63,433 bases of DNA from a virus. The translations under genes were made by a program, and so were the position numbers. The first letter of the stretch is position 1. Each line of letters starts with the position of its first letter. Below the pieces are notes generated by a model, which made no database searches, was not told the DNA's origin, and was given only the letters and a program-made list of their open reading frames with translations. Shown piece after piece: positions 58,750-63,433 of the stretch. The stretch lies in IMG/VR virus record IMGVR_UViG_3300019860_000021, positions 1-63,433 of that record; one strand, given 5' to 3'.

Positions 58750-59172
58750 TCACGGCTCGCTCCTCTCGCCCGGCCCGGTTCTCTGGGCGGCGCGCTCGCG
58801 GAGGGCATCCCGCCACTGGGCCGTCTTGATGGCAATGACCACCAGCATGCACAGGCCAGCCAGGACGACGAAACCGCTCAGGCCCTCCCGGGCTGCGATG
58901 ACCACGACGCCGAGGCTTCCGGCGGCCAAGAACAGCACGTCCAGCACAGTCCTCGCGGTGCGCGCCCACGGCCAGGGGGCGCGGTCGACCCCGTAGGAGA
59001 CCGCCATCCCGCCTGCGATCACGCTGAGCGCGGCGGCAGTGTAGGCCAGGCCACGGGCATGCGCGAGGTTCACGACGGCCTCTGTGAGGGAGATCAGTGC
59101 GGCGGCGGCGAGGGCGAGCATGGAGGCGAGGAATGCGAACGCGGCGGCGGCGAGGAGGAGTTCTCGTTTCAC
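58750..59172 (-). CDS. 4-TM membrane protein (140 aa)
   Basis: GTG at 59172 overlaps the upstream stop. Hydrophobic LLLAAAAFAFLASMLALAAAALI, AYTAAALSVIAGGMAV, VLDVLFLAAGSLGVVVIAA and FVVLAGLCMLVVIAI. Confidence 0.55.
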   Translation of the reverse strand: MKRELLLAAAAFAFLASMLALAAAALISLTEAVVNLAHARGLAYTAAALSVIAGGMAVSYGVDRAPWPWARTARTVLDVLFLAAGSLGVVVIAAREGLSGFVVLAGLCMLVVIAIKTAQWRDALRERAAQRTGPGERSEP

Positions 59173-59948
59173 CGGGCGGCCTTCCGGCTGGTCTGCCGGT
59201 GGATGCGGGTGAGCGCGGTGACGTACACGGCGTACCGCTGGCACAGCTCACGCCACTCGGCGAACGCTGCAGGGTCGGAGAGTTCTTCGGTGAGCCGGGT
59301 GACCTCTTCCGCTGTCTCCCGAGACAGCGCCCAGGTGATCTGGAGTTTGCGGGCGGTGGCGGAGACGACCTCAGAAAAGCGTGTCCCCGTTGCCGCTCCC
59401 GTCTCCAACGCGGTCTGCGCCCGGTCCCACCAGTTGGATGTGCCGATCAGGTCCACGTCCGCGCTGTCGAGCATCGCCGACTGGAACCGCACCGCCTGTT
59501 GCAGGGGCAGCGGCAGAGAGCTGAGGTCCAGGCGCAGGGTAGCGGTTGAGGTACTCATCCAGGTGCTCCTTATTCGGTAGGAAAGCAGCGAGATGCATGA
59601 GCGAGGAGGATCGCCACGGCGCGAGCGCTTCCGCGTGATGCTGCCATACGGCCAGATCGTGGCCGGTTTTGATCCGGCCGAAGCGGAGAACCCGCGGGCA
59701 CGTAGTGCGCACACGTGGGCGAACGCGTGCCGGAAATCCTCAGGGGTGGCATCGACGTCGAGAGCGTCCATACGCACCCGCCGCCGGGCACGTCCCCGGT
59801 TCACCACGGCGTAGGGCAGGGAGTGTTTCTGCCCCGACTCGGCGACACTGACCACCCACTCTCCCTCAGGGGGATCAGCGAGGATGTCGACCACCACGCG
59901 CATGTCCGCCCGGCTAGTGAAGTGCAGGTGTGTGGGGCATACCCGCAT
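59169..59948 (-). CDS. hypothetical protein (259 aa); possible internal start at 59558
   Basis: Single open frame. A strong AAGGAG lies 7 nt before the internal ATG at 59558 (MSTSTATLRLD...). Confidence 0.45.
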   Translation of the reverse strand: MRVCPTHLHFTSRADMRVVVDILADPPEGEWVVSVAESGQKHSLPYAVVNRGRARRRVRMDALDVDATPEDFRHAFAHVCALRARGFSASAGSKPATIWPYGSITRKRSRRGDPPRSCISLLSYRIRSTWMSTSTATLRLDLSSLPLPLQQAVRFQSAMLDSADVDLIGTSNWWDRAQTALETGAATGTRFSEVVSATARKLQITWALSRETAEEVTRLTEELSDPAAFAEWRELCQRYAVYVTALTRIHRQTSRKAAR

Positions 59949-59958
59949 GGTAGCCCAC

Positions 59959-59985
59959 GCTTAAGTAACAAACTTTTTGTTAAGC
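59959..59985. promoter_or_regulatory. AT-rich imperfect palindrome upstream of the morphogenesis/packaging operon
   Basis: gcttaagtaacaaa ct ttttgttaagc. Confidence 0.4.
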
Positions 59986-60094
59986 GCTGGTTTATGATGG
60001 GGGTGCCCCGAGCCAACCCGGCACCGGGGTACGGGAGAGTTTGCTGAGGGGAACCTGCGGAGTGTGGACCCGCAGGCTCCCCTATCTCCACTGG

Positions 60095-60433
60095 CTACGT
60101 CACCGACCGCACCGGAATCCCCGCAGCGCGGGCACGCCGCACCATGTCTGCGGTCCCCCGCCCGCCAGGAAACGCGATGCACAGGTCAGCCCCCGCATCA
60201 GCCATCTCCTGGTTGCGGATCGGCCCCGCAGCGCGGCCATGGCGACGCCAGTCCGCTGGATACGCCACCACATGCCAGCCCAACTCACGCGCCACGTAGG
60301 CAGCAATCCGGTCAGCGCCGCGCGCACCACCATGCACGAGGATGGGGCGAGGCTCCTGGTGGTATTCGGAGAGCACCTTGCGGACCGTCACAAGGTCCTG
60401 GTAGTCCCGCCCTCCGGTCACGATGATCTTCAC
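60095..60433 (-). CDS. DUF2493 / SLOG-family protein
   Basis: GTG at 60433: VKIIVTGGRDYQD...VHGGARGADRIAAYVA...YPADWRRHGRAAGPIRNQEM...AFPGGRGTADM. Confidence 0.7.
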   Translation of the reverse strand: MKIIVTGGRDYQDLVTVRKVLSEYHQEPRPILVHGGARGADRIAAYVARELGWHVVAYPADWRRHGRAAGPIRNQEMADAGADLCIAFPGGRGTADMVRRARAAGIPVRSVT

Positions 60434-60686
60434 GTGGAACTCCCTTACGGCAGGTCTTTGCGGGGGCGAATGGTTTTGAGTGGGCGCAGCCGACGCCGAC
60501 CGAGGAGAACTGCGGGTGCCCACCCCGGCACGGGAGGAGCAGCTTCTGGGGTCTGGGTGGGGCGCGCACTCGACCCCAGCGGCGCGCAGGGTTCGGGCTC
60601 TCTGACCACAACACCCCCCAAACGGCTCTGAAACAAACCACAAACGACTTTCACCCCAACCCACGCAAAAAGAGTTAGGGGCAGAG

Positions 60687-60722
60687 AAAAAACCCGCCAG
60701 CGTCGACGCTAGCGGGCTTTTT
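60687..60722 (-). terminator. rho-independent terminator (leftward)
   Basis: Minus strand: cccgctagcg tcga cgctggcggg followed by T6. Starts 4 nt after the stop at 60726. Confidence 0.8.
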
Positions 60723-60725
60723 CAG

Positions 60726-61061
60726 CTAATCCGTGTTAGCGACCGCCAACAACACATCCGCATGGCACGGCACCCCAGGCGCACACCAGCACGCCAAATC
60801 ACAGCCCGCCAACCGGGCACGCGCCTGGTCGACAAACCCAGACTGGTGCACCGCCCACACGCGGTACCGATCCACCGCCACCTGATGCGCCTCGACCCGA
60901 CTCTCGTGCGACGAGCACCAGTCGGGCCCCTCCACCACATAGCCGCCACCAACACGAGCAACCCGGTACGGGTTACCCCATCGACTCCCCCGACCGACAT
61001 AGACAGCCCCTGACGGCATGCGCCAACCGCGGGTCCGACGACGCTGGATACGAGTAGGCAT
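60726..61061 (-). CDS. DUF4326-family protein
   Basis: YVGRGSRWGNPY...LACWCAPGVPCHADVL. AGGAGG SD. Confidence 0.7.
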   Translation of the reverse strand: MPTRIQRRRTRGWRMPSGAVYVGRGSRWGNPYRVARVGGGYVVEGPDWCSSHESRVEAHQVAVDRYRVWAVHQSGFVDQARARLAGCDLACWCAPGVPCHADVLLAVANTD

Positions 61062-61129
61062 CCTGAGCCTCCTAATGGTTCACTGGAAAGCGAGGCCCGC
61101 CCCACTACGCCTGGGGCGGGCCCCCTCAT

Positions 61130-61345
61130 TCACTGGGGGCGACACTCATAGCAGTACGACGACTCCTGGTCGTTCCACTGCTGCCGCCCACACCGCCGGC
61201 AACGGATCCTCCACCCCGGATGCCACCGATCGAGGTGGGCGAGCGCACTGCCCACCACCATGCGTTCCGACAGCCCTTCAACGCTGTCGGGCACCTCGGG
61301 ATGGTGGGGGTGTGCACACTCCCACCCGGTGCGGGTGATCCGCAT
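61130..61345 (-). CDS. small Cys/His-rich protein (71 aa), start uncertain
   Basis: MRITRTGWECAHPHH...CRRCGRQQW...YCYEC. GC3 rises sharply after 61345. The ORF track gives 61130..61432. Confidence 0.4.
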   Translation of the reverse strand: MRITRTGWECAHPHHPEVPDSVEGLSERMVVGSALAHLDRWHPGWRIRCRRCGRQQWNDQESSYCYECRPQ

Positions 61346-61556
61346 CCACGCAGGCCACGGGCGGCTTCCTCGCGGCGGGACCACCGACCGTCGCCGTCTG
61401 GTGATTCCGCGTTGTTCTGGCCTGGGTTTCACCCTTTCCTCCTTTCTGCTGAGCCTCGGCCCACCACGACGTAGGGCCGGGCGGGTACGGGTCTATGGGC
61501 GGCGGCACCGGCCGCAGCGCCTCCTCCAACAGCCGGGCGAGGTCAGGACTGTCCAC
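61278..61556 (-). CDS. possible ORF overlapping neighbours, doubtful 3' part
   Basis: VDSPDLARLLEEALRPVPPPIDPYPPGPTSWWAEAQQKGG.. is plausible for its first ~45 codons. It then overlaps 61130..61345. Confidence 0.25.
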   Translation of the reverse strand: MDSPDLARLLEEALRPVPPPIDPYPPGPTSWWAEAQQKGGKGETQARTTRNHQTATVGGPAARKPPVACVDADHPHRVGVCTPPPSRGARQR

Positions 61557-62211
61557 GGCGGGCCTCTTTCAGCACGGTTTGGATCTCGGCCACGCTCAAC
61601 GTTTTCGGGTCGCCTTTGCGTGGCGGGCGAGGTTGAGCGCGCAGACGGGCTGCTTGCTCGCGGGCCTGTTTTTCGGTTTCGGAAAGCCCCTCGCTGTTGG
61701 TGCGGAGCCGTGCGCTTGCGGCGGCGCATTTGCGGCGGGCTTCAGCGAGGGCTTGGCGTGCGGTGTGGGAGCGCCGGTCGGTGTCGGGTTTGGTGGTTGC
61801 GGGGTCGACCATGCGTGGGCTTCCAGCGCGGAGGTGTTCTCGGCGTGTTTTAGTGACCGGGTCCAGGCCGGATTCGAGGGAGAGCGGGCTGGTGGCTGCG
61901 GCGCGTAGCGCGGCGCGGGGTGCGGCGCGTAGCGCGTGCAGGTAGCCGACGACGTCGTCCGGGTTGGGGGGTGGGGGAACGACGTAGTGCTTGAGTTTTT
62001 CGGCGCGCATGGCTCGGACTTCGTCTTGGATCACGGCGGGGGTGATCCATGGGGTTTTGCGGATGGCGTTGAGGAGCGCGGCGTGGGCTTCGTCCCAGTC
62101 GATGTCGGCGAGGGCTGCTGCCCAGGCCTTGGGGGTGTCCCATTCGAAGTTGATGTGGGGTGCGGCGGCCTTCATTTTTTCGACGAAGGCGACGGCTTGG
62201 GTTGGGGTCAT
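61543..62211 (-). CDS. hypothetical protein (222 aa), replication-module accessory
   Basis: Coupled (4-nt overlap) to the initiator-like gene. Basic C-half. Confidence 0.55.
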   Translation of the reverse strand: MTPTQAVAFVEKMKAAAPHINFEWDTPKAWAAALADIDWDEAHAALLNAIRKTPWITPAVIQDEVRAMRAEKLKHYVVPPPPNPDDVVGYLHALRAAPRAALRAAATSPLSLESGLDPVTKTRREHLRAGSPRMVDPATTKPDTDRRSHTARQALAEARRKCAAASARLRTNSEGLSETEKQAREQAARLRAQPRPPRKGDPKTLSVAEIQTVLKEARRGQS

Positions 62212-63392
62212 GCGGTTCCCTCCTGCATGGCGCGTTCGAGTTGTTCGGCTTCGGCGAGTGCGTCGGCGAACATCGCCTGGGTGTTTTGTTGCCGGTAGGT
62301 GAGTGGTCGGGCGTCGGGGAAGGCCACGACGTTGCTGCCGTTGGGGGTGTTCATGACCTCGTTGACGACGCTGGGCAGGGTTGAGGGGTGGAGCCCCTTG
62401 GTCATCCAGTGGGCGAGGCCGCGTCGGATGTCGTCGGGGTGGATGCCGTCGTTGAGGAGGGTCTTGATTTCTTTAGCGACGTGTCCGATGACGCGGCTGG
62501 GGGGTCGTTTGGGGCAGCGGTCGAGCCATTCGCCGATGAGGGTTTGGGTGGTGGGGGGTGGGGTGTGCGGCGCTGTTGCGCCCGAAGACGTAGTCTTCGG
62601 TTCTCTTTCCTGTACCAGAAGACTCCCGGAACCTTTTACACCTACACCTACACCGGACCCTTCCGGGAAGGGTTTCGGGAACCCTTCCGGGAACCCTTCC
62701 GGGAACCCTTCCCGCGTGGTCTGTTGGGGTTCGTTGACCTGCTGTTTTGTGGTTTTGGGGTGCAAGGGTTGGCTGTCACCTCCTCTGTGGTTGGGGTTGG
62801 GGTCGGAAATGGGCTGGTGGAAAGGGTTGGGAGACCCTTCCTGGAAGGGTTCCTGGAAGGGTTCCGGGAACCCTTCGGGAAGGGTTTCGGGAAGGGTTCC
62901 AGCAACCTTTTCGATGAGAGCGCGGGTGCGCTCAGCGCGCTCGGTCGGCAGTTCGTCGATGGGGAGCCGAGACAACTCGTAGCGGAGTACAGCGCGCAGG
63001 GTGGGGGACACGGTGGACTGGACGTGGCCGAGCGCGGACTTGAGTACGTTCGGCTGTTTCCACAGTCCGTCGTGGCGGATGAAAGTGCGCACGAGGACTT
63101 CTTCGGTGTCCTCGTCTACGACCACGTACCAGTACGCGTTGAGGCGTTCCAGGGCGGCGGTGACCCGGGGGCCGGTCATGCCGTGGGCGAAGCGTGCCCA
63201 GCGGCGTTCTTGGAGGGGGAGGACACCCGCGGTGTTGATGTTGGGTTGGGAGAGCAGGACGAAGTACAGCCATTGAGCGTCGACGTCCAGTTCGGTTTTG
63301 AACTTCTCGTTTTGCCAGATGGAGCTTCGTAGTTGGGCGTAGTTTCGGGCCACTGGTTCTCCCTTGCTGATGGTCATGGTTTGCTTTTGCAA
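62208..63392 (-). CDS. initiator-like winged-helix protein with internal iterons
   Basis: N-terminal YAQLRSSIWQNEKFKTELDVDAQWLYFVLLSQPNINTAGVLPLQERRWARF (organizer/Rep-like). Central EGFPEGFPEGFP linker is encoded by the iterons. Start at 63392 (TTG) or 63377 (ATG), inside the terminal overlap. Confidence 0.6.
   Translation of the reverse strand: MQKQTMTISKGEPVARNYAQLRSSIWQNEKFKTELDVDAQWLYFVLLSQPNINTAGVLPLQERRWARFAHGMTGPRVTAALERLNAYWYVVVDEDTEEVLVRTFIRHDGLWKQPNVLKSALGHVQSTVSPTLRAVLRYELSRLPIDELPTERAERTRALIEKVAGTLPETLPEGFPEPFQEPFQEGSPNPFHQPISDPNPNHRGGDSQPLHPKTTKQQVNEPQQTTREGFPEGFPEGFPKPFPEGSGVGVGVKGSGSLLVQEREPKTTSSGATAPHTPPPTTQTLIGEWLDRCPKRPPSRVIGHVAKEIKTLLNDGIHPDDIRRGLAHWMTKGLHPSTLPSVVNEVMNTPNGSNVVAFPDARPLTYRQQNTQAMFADALAEAEQLERAMQEGTA
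62653..62900. repeat. two clusters of 12-bp-phased GGAA-N3-TTCC iterons
   Basis: Cluster A 62653-62712, including cgggaacccttc x3 in tandem (62676-62711). Cluster B 62831-62900 (tggaagggttcc x2, gggaacccttc, gggaagggtttc, gggaagggttcc). Nearby are ccgaagac gta gtcttcgg (62582-62600) and tacacc x3 (62637-62654). Confidence 0.8.
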
Positions 63393-63433
63393 ATGGGGGT
63401 GGCTGTCCCGTGGTGGGGTGGCCGTTTTTGTTA
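63307..63433. repeat. Terminal overlap, exact copy of 1..127
   Basis: See feature 1..127. Confidence 0.9.

Noticed and set aside
59169-59948. Toxin-antitoxin pair split at the internal AAGGAG-ATG (59558)
   Set aside because: There is no stop codon between the two halves, and I recognise no toxin or antitoxin motif. It is reported only as a single ORF with a possible internal start.
1-63433. tRNA, tmRNA or rRNA genes
   Set aside because: I found no cloverleaf-compatible segment with a GTTCGAATC-type T-loop in the intergenic regions I read. A proper scan (tRNAscan-SE/ARAGORN) is still needed, so this is a weak negative.
63307-63433. The 127-bp repeat as a biological direct terminal repeat or cos region
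   Set aside because: Its length equals a standard assembler k-mer, and it cuts through the 5' end of a gene with no packaging-type motifs. Assembly circularisation is the simpler explanation, though only read-level data can settle it.

Overview
High-GC (actinobacterial-type) window. Its first 127 nt are repeated exactly at its end (63307-63433), so it is a complete, circularly assembled replicon of about 63,306 bp. The gene content is that of a temperate siphovirus-like actinophage, organised as two arms. The arms diverge from an HTH switch (7732-8644) and converge at a bidirectional terminator (31376-31408). Leftward arm: early recombination and regulation genes (WhiB, RusA, DnaQ-like exonuclease, RecT plus PD-(D/E)XK exonuclease; 173-7959). 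It continues across the circular junction into an initiator-like gene full of iterons (62208-63392). Then follow packaging, head and tail genes (38643-59948: MuF-like, terS, terL, an inverted portal gene, scaffold, capsid, connectors, an Lsr2-like gene, tail tube, chaperones, a 1657-aa tape measure and minor tail proteins). A TagF-like/methyltransferase pair and the lysis cassette (31480-33294) close this arm. Rightward arm (8132-31355) is plasmid/AICE-like and accessory. It carries a large serine integrase with a candidate attP, a RapZ-C-domain-only protein, and an FtsK/TraB-like translocase next to a DUF2637 (SpdB-like) protein containing a GGACCGGTCC palindrome array. It also carries a second replication module (organizer with internal ori-like palindromes plus DnaB), an XRE-helical regulator, and an IS200/IS605-family tnpB element with its omega-RNA. 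An orphan omega-RNA MITE and three solo IS-end hairpins are also present. Further right are an HNH-SF2 helicase and a duplicated promoter-operator-leader that drives small acidic proteins beside an Aca2/DUF1870-like HTH (candidate anti-defence locus). I recognised no rRNA, tRNA or CRISPR array. All functional calls rest on motifs read by eye and recalled family signatures; no database search was possible. Many long overlapping ORFs in the track are high-GC artefacts.
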